IMG/VR virus record: IMGVR_UViG_3300006737_000026
Length of the DNA stretch: 20,000 nucleotides
Direction: 5' to 3' (one strand)
Origin: an uncultured virus (IMG/VR IMGVR_UViG_3300006737_000026)
Taxonomy: Duplodnaviria; Heunggongvirae; Uroviricota; Caudoviricetes
Under the pieces are notes generated by a model that ran no database searches, was not told where the DNA came from, and worked only from the letters and a program-made list of their open reading frames with translations. Both the position numbers and the translations under genes were made by a program. Below are positions 6,965-14,958 of this stretch, piece after piece (the stretch's first letter is position 1; each line of letters opens with the position of its first letter).

Positions 6965-6992
6965 AAAGGACCCTACGGGGTCCTTTCTTTTT
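6965..6992 (+). terminator. Intrinsic terminator after psbA
   Basis: AAAGGACCC-TACG-GGGTCCTTT followed by CTTTTT. Confidence 0.85.
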
Positions 6993-7009
6993 CTTCATTA
7001 TGTAAAGTT

Positions 7010-7240
7010 ATGTCTCACGATCTTTTAGAATTACTTACTTATTATGTGATCGTCTCAGTTGTTTTTGTTGGCGCTCCTGGAGTCTTCCTCTTCATAGTCT
7101 TCATGCCTGCTATCCAAAACACTAAGGGACGTATGGTTGGATATAAGGATCATAAAACATATGGTGACTCATCTACATACGAGAATACACCAAGTGATTA
7201 CACCAAACACACCATACAAGTTAGCGGTTATAATCCGTGA
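7010..7240 (+). CDS. Hypothetical membrane protein (76 aa) between psbA and psbD
   Basis: Hydrophobic N-terminal half (YYVIVSVVFVGAPGVFLFIVFMPA). Confidence 0.75.
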   Translation: MSHDLLELLTYYVIVSVVFVGAPGVFLFIVFMPAIQNTKGRMVGYKDHKTYGDSSTYENTPSDYTKHTIQVSGYNP

Positions 7241-7334
7241 TACTTGGCCACAACTCTACTATCTACAAGGAATGAAAAATGGTCGCTTCAACTCTAAGTC
7301 CCCCACGGAGGGGATGGTTCGATGTCCTCGATGA
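7194..7334 (+). CDS. Small ORF overlapping the psbD start (46 aa)
   Basis: GTG start gives [23 protein letters not shown]...; resembles a short TPYKLA.IIRDTWP peptide I recall upstream of psbD in cyanomyoviruses (unverified). Confidence 0.45.
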   Translation: MITPNTPYKLAVIIRDTWPQLYYLQGMKNGRFNSKSPTEGMVRCPR

Positions 7335-8334
7335 TTGGCTTAAACGAGATCGTTTCGTTTTTGTTGGTTGGTCTGGACTACTTCTTTTTCCCACTGCTTA
7401 CCTTGCTATTGGCGGTTGGCTTACTGGCACGACTTTCGTTACGAGCTGGTATACCCATGGACTCGCTAGTTCCTATCTTGAGGGTGCAAATTTTCTTACA
7501 GCGGCAGTTAGCACTCCAGCTGACGCTATGGGTCATTCTCTTCTTCTTCTCTGGGGTCCTGAGGCTCAGGGGAGTTTCGTCAGGTGGGTCCAACTTGGAG
7601 GGCTTTGGACCTTTGTTGCTCTCCACGGTGCATTTGCACTAATCGGTTTCATGCTCAGGCAGTTTGAACTTGCACGTCTTATCGGTATCCGTCCCTACAA
7701 TGCTATTGCTTTCAGTGGTCCTATTGCTGTTTTTGTCAGTGTATTTCTCATCTATCCTCTGGGACAGTCGTCCTGGTTCTTCGCGCCATCGTTCGGTGTC
7801 TCCGCGATCTTTAGGTTCCTTCTCTTCCTTCAAGGCTTTCATAACTGGACGCTGAACCCCTTCCATATGATGGGTGTTGCAGGTATCCTGGGAGGAGCAC
7901 TTCTTTCTGCCATTCACGGAGTTACTGTTGAAAACACACTCTATGAGGATGGGGAGCAGGCAAATACTTTCAAGGCTTTTGACTCTACGCAAGAGGAGGA
8001 GACTTACTCGATGGTTACTGCGAACCGTTTCTGGTCACAGATCTTCGGTATTGCTTTTAGTAATAAGCGTTGGTTGCATTTCTTTATGCTCTTCGTTCCC
8101 GTCATGGGTCTCTGGACAAGTTCTATCGGTATTATTGGACTCGCTCTTAATCTTCGTGCTTACGACTTCGTATCTCAGGAGATTCGTGCAGCGGAGGATC
8201 CTGAATTTGAAACCTTCTACACCAAGAATATCCTCTTGAATGAAGGTATTCGTGCCTGGATGGCACCAGTGGATCAACCACACGAACAGTTCGTCTTCCC
8301 TGAAGAAGTTCTGCCTCGTGGTAATGCTCTCTAA
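7279..8334 (+). CDS. psbD: Photosystem II reaction centre protein D2
   Basis: [39 protein letters not shown]. Confidence 0.99.
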   Translation: MVASTLSPPRRGWFDVLDDWLKRDRFVFVGWSGLLLFPTAYLAIGGWLTGTTFVTSWYTHGLASSYLEGANFLTAAVSTPADAMGHSLLLLWGPEAQGSFVRWVQLGGLWTFVALHGAFALIGFMLRQFELARLIGIRPYNAIAFSGPIAVFVSVFLIYPLGQSSWFFAPSFGVSAIFRFLLFLQGFHNWTLNPFHMMGVAGILGGALLSAIHGVTVENTLYEDGEQANTFKAFDSTQEEETYSMVTANRFWSQIFGIAFSNKRWLHFFMLFVPVMGLWTSSIGIIGLALNLRAYDFVSQEIRAAEDPEFETFYTKNILLNEGIRAWMAPVDQPHEQFVFPEEVLPRGNAL

Positions 8335-8350
8335 ATAAAAGTAAAACATC

Positions 8351-8617
8351 ATGCTTGGTAAACTTGATCCTGAAGAGAGGGTTCTTTCTGAACCCTCCAT
8401 TGCACAGCAAATTTCAACACTGATGGATGCTATGGGATGGGATTGTCACGATGACATTCACGTCGAATCTGCTGGTACATCTGTCTATATGATTGATGGA
8501 GCAGGTACTAAATGGGCACCAGTAAAAGGAACCGTGAAGTACAACAAAGATGCTTTCATCGTCATCAAGAATAGGACACGAGATCCGTATAAACCATCTC
8601 AAAAATCCGATCAGTAA
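8351..8617 (+). CDS. Hypothetical cyanophage protein (88 aa)
   Basis: ORF track; TAAATA late-promoter core overlaps the psbD stop (8332-8337). Confidence 0.75.
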   Translation: MLGKLDPEERVLSEPSIAQQISTLMDAMGWDCHDDIHVESAGTSVYMIDGAGTKWAPVKGTVKYNKDAFIVIKNRTRDPYKPSQKSDQ

Positions 8618-8622
8618 TATGA

Positions 8623-8653
8623 AATAAATAGAGGGTAACAACCCTCTATTTTT
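8623..8653 (+). promoter_or_regulatory. Late promoter embedded in a terminator-like hairpin
   Basis: AATAAATA (8623-8630) overlaps the 5' arm of AAATAGAGGGT-AACA-ACCCTCTATTT (8626-8651), followed by TT and the ATG at 8654. Confidence 0.7.
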
Positions 8654-11176
8654 ATGCCTGAATATTATTATCCAGAGGGACCAATGGGACCTACCTGTGA
8701 TATTGTCAGGGATGATGATTTCACAGGAGCACCTGCTAAACGACGTATCGTTGATGATGGTGACGGTAGAGTTTACACATATGGTCCTATTGATTTTTCT
8801 GCTCTGGAGTCAGTGGTCGGACCAGGTACAATTCCTGCAATTGTTGCTCGCAGATGTAAGGTGCGAGAGTTACCAGATGGGAGTATAGAATATTATGATT
8901 GTGTAGATGATTTCTTAAATGATATACCCACTGCTGAGGGTGGCATGGGTAATGATCCATATGACTGGAAATATACATCCCTCAACCCATTCGGATTGGA
9001 TGATAATTTCTTAGTACCTAATGCAGGTCCAGATATTTGTTCTCCGTTTGATGCTGATATTAATATCATTCCTACTAGATTCTTTAATGCTGATGGGACT
9101 TTTGTAGATAAGATTCAAACAGAAAGATCTAGTCCTCCAACATTTAATGTGACATCTGAGGACTCGACATTCATTAATCCTGCGACTATAACAGCAGAGT
9201 TTTCTACAGATCGTCAAAACTTAGTGATCGGTGGAACTGGAGATGGTATTGTTCAACTTACATTAGACTGGGATGATAAACCAAGTATTTCTGGTCAAGC
9301 AGTCGGCACACTTACTGTTGCAGGTGCATCGTTTAGTCAAGGTAATAAAGAGAAAGGTAGTAAGAGTAGATCGGTTCAAGTAACTGCAGGACAGTCATAC
9401 CCAATCAGTACAAGTGGATCGGGTACTGCTGGGAGCAGACTTGCCACTAACACTTTGATTGAATATGATGACGATGCTGGCAATGGATTTGATATTAACG
9501 CTTCACTCGCAATTACTGATATCTTGCCATTAGAACCAACTACTAACGTGGCAGGATTCTGGTCTGATGAAGGTAACAAATATGCAGTGTGGGTTAATCC
9601 TGCAGTTTGTACTCTTCCTCGTGAAGAACAGACAGTGACATATCAAGTTCCTATTCCTGAGGATGGAGTATATGGATTTGAATTTGCTTGTGATGATAAC
9701 GCACAGTTATTCCTAGGAGATAGTGAGACACCTCTCCTCTCTGCTGTAGGGGGTATCTTTGCAGGTGGAACATACAACACTCCATACACTACTACAACCA
9801 ATCTGACTGCGGGTACGCTGCAGGTGGTGGTAAGATGTACAAACTCTGATGCAGGATTCGTAGGTGCTGATGGTTTACCTGAAGGTCTTGCATATTCCTG
9901 GGCAAGAAACCCTGGTGGTTGGTATATAAAAATCTGTCAAGGTGGTCAGTGTGTAATACCCACTAATATCAATTGGGTTCCTTCTGGTCCTCACCCTTCA
10001 TGGTCTGATTTCTTGGACAAGTATGCTGTGTATCCAAGCAATACAACTCCATTGGCAGGGACAGGTCACACTGCAACTTGGAATCTTTCTCTGGTTGAAA
10101 CTGGTAACTATGAATTAGAAGTTCAGGCGGATGACACTGCTGCTATGTCATTCGATGGTACAAGTTTGGGTACAGTTTTGTATAGTGGCAACAGTGGTTC
10201 TAGCACCATATACAGTCTGACTAATGTGGTGTCTGGAGGTCACACTATTGGAGCAGTGGTGACTAATGATCCAAACGTATCAATTAATAATTGGTCTAAG
10301 AATCCAGCAGGTGTTGGTTGGACTTTGAAAAAACTGAGCACCGTATCAAACATCACTGCAAAATTTAATAATGCAGGTGACCTGGTTGTTGGTGGAGAAG
10401 GTACTGGCACAGTTACATTGAATTATGAATGGGATGAAAGACCCGAGTATTCAACTGCTTCTGTATCTGCAGTCTTTGATTCAAGTGGTAATCTGGTAGT
10501 AACTGGTTCTGGATCTGCTCAGGTTGAATTAGAATTTGAGTGGGATGATAATCCAAGCACATATGGTCAAGCACTTGGTACTGTAACTTGGTCAGGATTG
10601 AGTGGAGTATCATTTACTCAGACAACTGGAGTATCATATGGTAGCGATGATGACACAACTAATATCACCGCTGGACAGACCTACAACATAAATATTAGTG
10701 GCGGTAGCGGATACGGTGGTTTCACTATTAAAGATAATGGAACTAAGATATGCTTTAAAGATTTAGATGGTAATGATTGTAATGCTGAAGTGAGAATCGG
10801 CACCATCACACAGAATCTAACTGAACTCTCTCCAGATAAAGCCTTGACATCTTACACTGTTAACGGTTATACTTTTACTACAGGTGCTGCTGACACAGGA
10901 ACTTCCTCAGCAGTGATTAACGTAACGGCAGGTACAACATATCCTGCTACCATTGTTGGTAATCCAAATGGATTCTCACTCAAACGATCAAAAACCAAAA
11001 TTTGTTTCCAAGATAGTGTTGGAACAGATTGCAATGCTTCAATAACCATTAGTGGAAGCACCAATGGAAATACTGATCAGATTGTTGCAACCTCTTTGGA
11101 TTTGAATGTTGGTGGCGATGGTAATTTAATTTGGCACACTAGACTTGCTAGTGGATACACTTACACCAGTCTCTAA
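8654..11176 (+). CDS. Large beta-rich protein with two PA14-like modules and three WDD-type repeats; probable virion/adhesion protein
   Basis: G/T/S/D-rich; GxYxxxxxxDDxAxxxxxx and WxxNPxG motifs each occur twice; LVxxGxG...WDDxP repeat occurs three times; late promoter upstream. Confidence 0.7.
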   Translation: MPEYYYPEGPMGPTCDIVRDDDFTGAPAKRRIVDDGDGRVYTYGPIDFSALESVVGPGTIPAIVARRCKVRELPDGSIEYYDCVDDFLNDIPTAEGGMGNDPYDWKYTSLNPFGLDDNFLVPNAGPDICSPFDADINIIPTRFFNADGTFVDKIQTERSSPPTFNVTSEDSTFINPATITAEFSTDRQNLVIGGTGDGIVQLTLDWDDKPSISGQAVGTLTVAGASFSQGNKEKGSKSRSVQVTAGQSYPISTSGSGTAGSRLATNTLIEYDDDAGNGFDINASLAITDILPLEPTTNVAGFWSDEGNKYAVWVNPAVCTLPREEQTVTYQVPIPEDGVYGFEFACDDNAQLFLGDSETPLLSAVGGIFAGGTYNTPYTTTTNLTAGTLQVVVRCTNSDAGFVGADGLPEGLAYSWARNPGGWYIKICQGGQCVIPTNINWVPSGPHPSWSDFLDKYAVYPSNTTPLAGTGHTATWNLSLVETGNYELEVQADDTAAMSFDGTSLGTVLYSGNSGSSTIYSLTNVVSGGHTIGAVVTNDPNVSINNWSKNPAGVGWTLKKLSTVSNITAKFNNAGDLVVGGEGTGTVTLNYEWDERPEYSTASVSAVFDSSGNLVVTGSGSAQVELEFEWDDNPSTYGQALGTVTWSGLSGVSFTQTTGVSYGSDDDTTNITAGQTYNINISGGSGYGGFTIKDNGTKICFKDLDGNDCNAEVRIGTITQNLTELSPDKALTSYTVNGYTFTTGAADTGTSSAVINVTAGTTYPATIVGNPNGFSLKRSKTKICFQDSVGTDCNASITISGSTNGNTDQIVATSLDLNVGGDGNLIWHTRLASGYTYTSL

Positions 11177-11177
11177 A

Positions 11178-11447
11178 ATGGAACTACCAAAAATTAGAAA
11201 CATAGATTTACCCAAGGAACTTAGAGAGGTTCTTGGTGATGGGGATGCAGAGTTTGATGCACTCATAGACCCAGATGATTTTATTGACGTGCAGTTAAAC
11301 CCAGATGCTTTTTATGAGGAACGTCATGGGACGGCATTGAAATTACTAGAAGTGAGAAAAAGTTTAAACGAGAGGAAAAGAGATGAGATACAAGGACACT
11401 ATCAAGGGGGCGAAGAAAATAATCAAGAAAGCGAAGAAGCACCCTGA
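11178..11447 (+). CDS. Hypothetical protein (89 aa)
   Basis: MELPKIRNIDLPKELRE...; starts just after the previous stop. Confidence 0.7.
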   Translation: MELPKIRNIDLPKELREVLGDGDAEFDALIDPDDFIDVQLNPDAFYEERHGTALKLLEVRKSLNERKRDEIQGHYQGGEENNQESEEAP

Positions 11448-11547
11448 ACATTACACTAAAGAAGAACTTGCCTTTGTTAAGATGCTCAAGAGACAAGCGA
11501 AGGCATCCTTGGAGAGGAAACACAGAGAAGAAACCGAACAGGAGTGA
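11383..11547 (+). CDS. Small basic hypothetical protein (54 aa)
   Basis: MRYKDTIKGAKKIIKKAKKHPEHYTKEELAFVKMLKRQAKASLERKHREETEQE*; SD GAGG upstream; missed by the ORF track. Confidence 0.65.
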   Translation: MRYKDTIKGAKKIIKKAKKHPEHYTKEELAFVKMLKRQAKASLERKHREETEQE

Positions 11548-11559
11548 AGATTTGATTGT

Positions 11560-11626
11560 TATAAATACCTACTTGTAACGTTACAAAACTGTAACACTTG
11601 CCATTTCTTCAGGTCTGTGTTACAAT
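11560..11626 (+). promoter_or_regulatory. Late promoter plus sigma70-like promoter
   Basis: TATAAATA at 11560-11567; TTGCCA-N17-TACAAT at 11598-11626 with TG extension. Confidence 0.7.
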
Positions 11627-11708
11627 ATTCCCAAGCGAACGGACAGTCGATCCGTTCCATCATCTGCGGGTAATCACTCCGCAAGCAAACAAACGAGGTA
11701 TTAATTCA

Positions 11709-12086
11709 ATGATCAAATCTGCAATCGCAACTCTCGCCGCCACTGCCGCTATTGTGGCTCCGTCTGCTGCCCTTGCTGGCCCCTACGTTAACGTAGAAGC
11801 CAATGCTGGTTGGACAGGTTCTAACTACAACGGAACAAATACAGATCTTCACGTTGGCTACGAAGGCGATCTGGGCGAATCCGCTTCTTACTACGTTCAG
11901 GGTGGCGCTACCGTGCTGAGTCCTGACGGTGGTGAGTCTGATACCGTCCCTTCAGGTAAAGCAGGCGTGGGTCTGGGTCTGACCGAGCGTCTTGGCGCAT
12001 ATGGTGAGGTCTCCTTCGTCGGTTCAGGCGATGACAACATCGACCGTGGATACGGCGGTAAACTGGGCGTGAAGTACAACTTCTGA
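11709..12086 (+). CDS. Small outer-membrane beta-barrel (porin-like) protein with signal peptide
   Basis: Ala-rich Sec signal ending ALA-GPYVNVE, alternating beta strands, C-terminal GVKYNF (BAM signal); SD GAGG; start refined to ATG 11709. Confidence 0.8.
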   Translation: MIKSAIATLAATAAIVAPSAALAGPYVNVEANAGWTGSNYNGTNTDLHVGYEGDLGESASYYVQGGATVLSPDGGESDTVPSGKAGVGLGLTERLGAYGEVSFVGSGDDNIDRGYGGKLGVKYNF

Positions 12087-12110
12087 TTCCCTGATACATA
12101 AGTTAAATCT

Positions 12111-12135
12111 GGGGGACCTAGAGGTCCCCTTTTTT
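12111..12135 (+). terminator. Intrinsic terminator
   Basis: GGGGACC-TAGA-GGTCCCC followed by TTTTTT. Confidence 0.85.
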
Positions 12136-12149
12136 ATTCTTTGACTATT

Positions 12150-12386
12150 ATGAAATTTGCAGTATATACACGGACTGGATGTCCGTATTGCGACAAAATT
12201 AAAACGGTTCTCTCAGCAAAAGGTTATAGATATGAAGAGTACCAATTAGATGTTCACTTTAATCGGCAGGACTTCTACAAAGAATTTGGGAACGGTAGCA
12301 CTTTTCCTCAAGTTCTGTTAGACTCTAAGAAGATCGGTGGATGCACCGATACTGTCAAACACCTCCGTGAAAATAATCTTATCTGA
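12150..12386 (+). CDS. nrdC: Glutaredoxin (T4 NrdC-like)
   Basis: CPYC active site, TFPQV, IGGCTD. Confidence 0.9.
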   Translation: MKFAVYTRTGCPYCDKIKTVLSAKGYRYEEYQLDVHFNRQDFYKEFGNGSTFPQVLLDSKKIGGCTDTVKHLRENNLI

Positions 12387-12724
12387 TGAACGACGAATTC
12401 TACGAACTTGTTGAAAATGCTATTGATGCCGCTTTTGAAAAAGATTGCTTCCTTTTCAATTGCTACAGTTATCTAAAGCACACTAAGACTACCCGCAAAC
12501 AAGTTCGTGAGTTTATTAACTCCACCTCTGCAAAGAATGTTGCTTTAACGTGTGCCGATTTAGAAGCGTACATCAAAGGTGGTGACAAAACTCTTCGTGA
12601 AGCGTATGGATTTTTAGGAAAACCTAAAGCGAGAAAGATACATAAGTATCTTCAAAAGATTTTGACTGATGCGGTCAAGTACGAAATCGACAGGAAACCA
12701 GGACGCAAAAAGCGTTCTAAATAA
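12386..12724 (+). CDS. Hypothetical cyanophage protein (112 aa)
   Basis: ORF track; TGATG overlap; basic C-terminus RKPGRKKRSK. Confidence 0.8.
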   Translation: MNDEFYELVENAIDAAFEKDCFLFNCYSYLKHTKTTRKQVREFINSTSAKNVALTCADLEAYIKGGDKTLREAYGFLGKPKARKIHKYLQKILTDAVKYEIDRKPGRKKRSK

Positions 12725-12784
12725 TGTCAGAGTTCACAAGGAGGTTGGTTTCCAAACACACACCATAAAACATCGGGGGAAACC

Positions 12785-13024
12785 ATGTTAATCGCACTAG
12801 CAGTCTTAGTAACAATCGGTGCTTTCATTCTAGGAAGCGTCGTTACTTGGTTGGCAAAAGGTTACGTTGAAGATTATATCGAAAACGCTGCTTACGCCAA
12901 ATCAGTAACCCATCCAGAAATGTTTGATGAAAATGGAAACATGTTGCACGACGATCTGATCTATATCAGACCTGACACCCAATACTGGGATCCATCATTT
13001 GACTCAGACGAGGAGGATGATTAA
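12785..13024 (+). CDS. Hypothetical membrane-anchored protein (79 aa)
   Basis: N-terminal TM helix, HPEMFDENGN, acidic tail. Confidence 0.8.
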   Translation: MLIALAVLVTIGAFILGSVVTWLAKGYVEDYIENAAYAKSVTHPEMFDENGNMLHDDLIYIRPDTQYWDPSFDSDEEDD

Positions 13025-13040
13025 TTAATCGGAGTTTATT

Positions 13041-13505
13041 ATGCCTACACGATCTATTGAAAATAGCAACTCTAGGTTGCTCGTCAGCGAGGTCTTACGC
13101 AAGGTCTCAAATGCTAAAACCAAAAAGGAAAAAGTTGATTTGCTGAGGAAACACAATAGCACCGCTCTTCGTCAATTATTGATTATCAATTTTGACGATA
13201 GCGTTGTCTCCCTTCTTCCAGAAGGTGATGTTCCCTACACACCTAACGATGCTCCCGTTGGTACAGATCACACTCGCCTAGAGCAAGAGTATCGTGGTCT
13301 TTATCGTTTCTTCAAGGGCGGTGCTAAACTTCCTGCTCTCAAGAGAGAGTCTATGTTTGTGCAACTCCTAGAAGGATTATCATCTGAAGAGGCAGAGCTT
13401 CTTGTCTTGGTCAAAGATGGTAAACTTACTGATAAGTATAAGCGCATCACAAAAACTGTTATTCAAGAAGCATTCCCCTCAATTGAGTGGGGAGGTAGGT
13501 CTTGA
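13041..13505 (+). CDS. Conserved T4-like phage hypothetical protein (154 aa)
   Basis: LPEGDVPY, KRESMFVQLLEGL; SD GGAG. Confidence 0.8.
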   Translation: MPTRSIENSNSRLLVSEVLRKVSNAKTKKEKVDLLRKHNSTALRQLLIINFDDSVVSLLPEGDVPYTPNDAPVGTDHTRLEQEYRGLYRFFKGGAKLPALKRESMFVQLLEGLSSEEAELLVLVKDGKLTDKYKRITKTVIQEAFPSIEWGGRS

Positions 13506-13774
13506 GTAAATCTGGTGTAAGAGTAATGAAACAGGGTTGTGATCCAAAAGAAGCTGAGGATCGTACCCTGCCCTATACAACTTATTTGATTACTTACTTG
13601 GTCGATGGTAAGGAAACATATGATCTGGCAATGACAGGTACTCAGGTAGAGCTCTTTGATTATTACTATGATCTCTACAAAAAAGATTTTTTAAATTTCA
13701 AACAAACAGAAGGTAGAATTAATCCGAAATTATGGGTGGATCCGAACGCACCAAAAGCGAAGCGAGGAAAATGA
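13502..13774 (+). CDS. Hypothetical cyanophage protein (90 aa)
   Basis: TTG start after GGAGGT; LFDYYYD, EGRINPKLW. Confidence 0.75.
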   Translation: MSKSGVRVMKQGCDPKEAEDRTLPYTTYLITYLVDGKETYDLAMTGTQVELFDYYYDLYKKDFLNFKQTEGRINPKLWVDPNAPKAKRGK

Positions 13775-14022
13775 CAGTTTACTTCGATGAACGTGCCGAA
13801 AAACAAAAGGCAGAAGAAGATGCTGAAGCAGAGAAACAAGCGCAAAGAGAAGAAACAACAAAGATTCTATCAAGAGTAATTGTTGTATTTGCCAGACCAG
13901 CAGTTCTTATGCTAGTATGGAATTGGTTGATGCCAGGTCTGTTTGGTCTTGCGACCATCGGATACCTTAAGGCATTTGGACTGGTTTTATTGTCCCGTAT
14001 GTTATTTGGTAAAGATGACTAA
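13771..14022 (+). CDS. Hypothetical membrane protein (83 aa)
   Basis: Start refined to the ATGA overlap at 13771; WNWLMPGLFGL hydrophobic C-terminal half. Confidence 0.75.
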   Translation: MTVYFDERAEKQKAEEDAEAEKQAQREETTKILSRVIVVFARPAVLMLVWNWLMPGLFGLATIGYLKAFGLVLLSRMLFGKDD

Positions 14023-14725
14023 AGTATGTTTGATCTCTGTTACTCCTGATGCAGAGAAGACAATTGGATATATTGCTCGCGTAAGCAATCCTGCAAATCA
14101 GGAGAACCCGAAAGTTTCGGGACTGCTTAAGTATTGTATTAAGCATGGTCATTGGTCTGTGTTTGAGCAGGCACATATGACCTTGGAGATTTCTACGACC
14201 AGGGCAATCGCAGCTCAAGTGCTTCGTCATAGGTCGTTTACATTTCAAGAGTTTTCACAACGCTATGCAGATTCATCTCTGCTGAGTAAGACGATTCCGT
14301 TGCCCGAACTGCGTCGTCAAGATACAAAGAATCGACAGAACTCTATTGATGATGTTGATCCTTTCTTGAATCAGAAATTCCAAATCTTGATGCAGCATCA
14401 TTTCCAAGATGCGATGAAACTCTATCAAGATATGCTTGACTCTGGGATTGCAAAGGAATGTGCAAGAAATGTGCTTCCTTTATGCGTAGGGACCAAATTA
14501 TACATGACGGGCAATCTAAGAAATTGGATCCATTATATCGAATTGCGTTCCGCCAACGGCACCCAGAAGGAGCACCAAGACATTGCACTGCTCGCTAAGC
14601 AGCATTTCATCTGTCAGTTCCCAACGATCTCTGAGGCGCTTGGATGGTGCTCTGAGGGCGAAGACTGTGGATGTGATGAGGACACCTATGCCGACTGTAT
14701 TCAACCATCTCTGAGGATTGACTAA
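14015..14725 (+). CDS. thyX: Flavin-dependent thymidylate synthase
   Basis: HWSVFEQ and RHRSFTFQEFSQRY (RHRx7S ThyX motif); start refined to ATG 14015. Confidence 0.95.
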   Translation: MTKVCLISVTPDAEKTIGYIARVSNPANQENPKVSGLLKYCIKHGHWSVFEQAHMTLEISTTRAIAAQVLRHRSFTFQEFSQRYADSSLLSKTIPLPELRRQDTKNRQNSIDDVDPFLNQKFQILMQHHFQDAMKLYQDMLDSGIAKECARNVLPLCVGTKLYMTGNLRNWIHYIELRSANGTQKEHQDIALLAKQHFICQFPTISEALGWCSEGEDCGCDEDTYADCIQPSLRID

Positions 14726-14955
14726 TGCCTACCTACCCTGTAAAAAACACAAAGACTGGAGAGACCAAAGAACTCCACATGACCATGAAAGAATATTGTG
14801 ACTGGAAGGATGCGAATCCTGACTGGGACAAAGACTGGATGGCAGGAGTTGGGGGTACTACATATGGTACACCTAAAATGGATGATGGTTTCAAAGAAGT
14901 CATGTCCAAAGTTCAAAAAGCACACCCTCGTGCAAACCTGAGTCGTTACACCTAA
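14725..14955 (+). CDS. Small conserved protein with an FmdB-like N-terminus lacking the Cys ligands
   Basis: MPTYPVKNTKTGE...DGFKEVMSKV...HP; lies between thyX and phoH. Confidence 0.7.
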   Translation: MPTYPVKNTKTGETKELHMTMKEYCDWKDANPDWDKDWMAGVGGTTYGTPKMDDGFKEVMSKVQKAHPRANLSRYT

Positions 14956-14958
14956 ATT

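Noticed and set aside
5864..8334. Introns in psbA/psbD, and the many overlapping or antisense ORFs there
   Set aside because: Both genes are continuous and full length; the alternative-frame ORFs are expected from codon bias in conserved genes.
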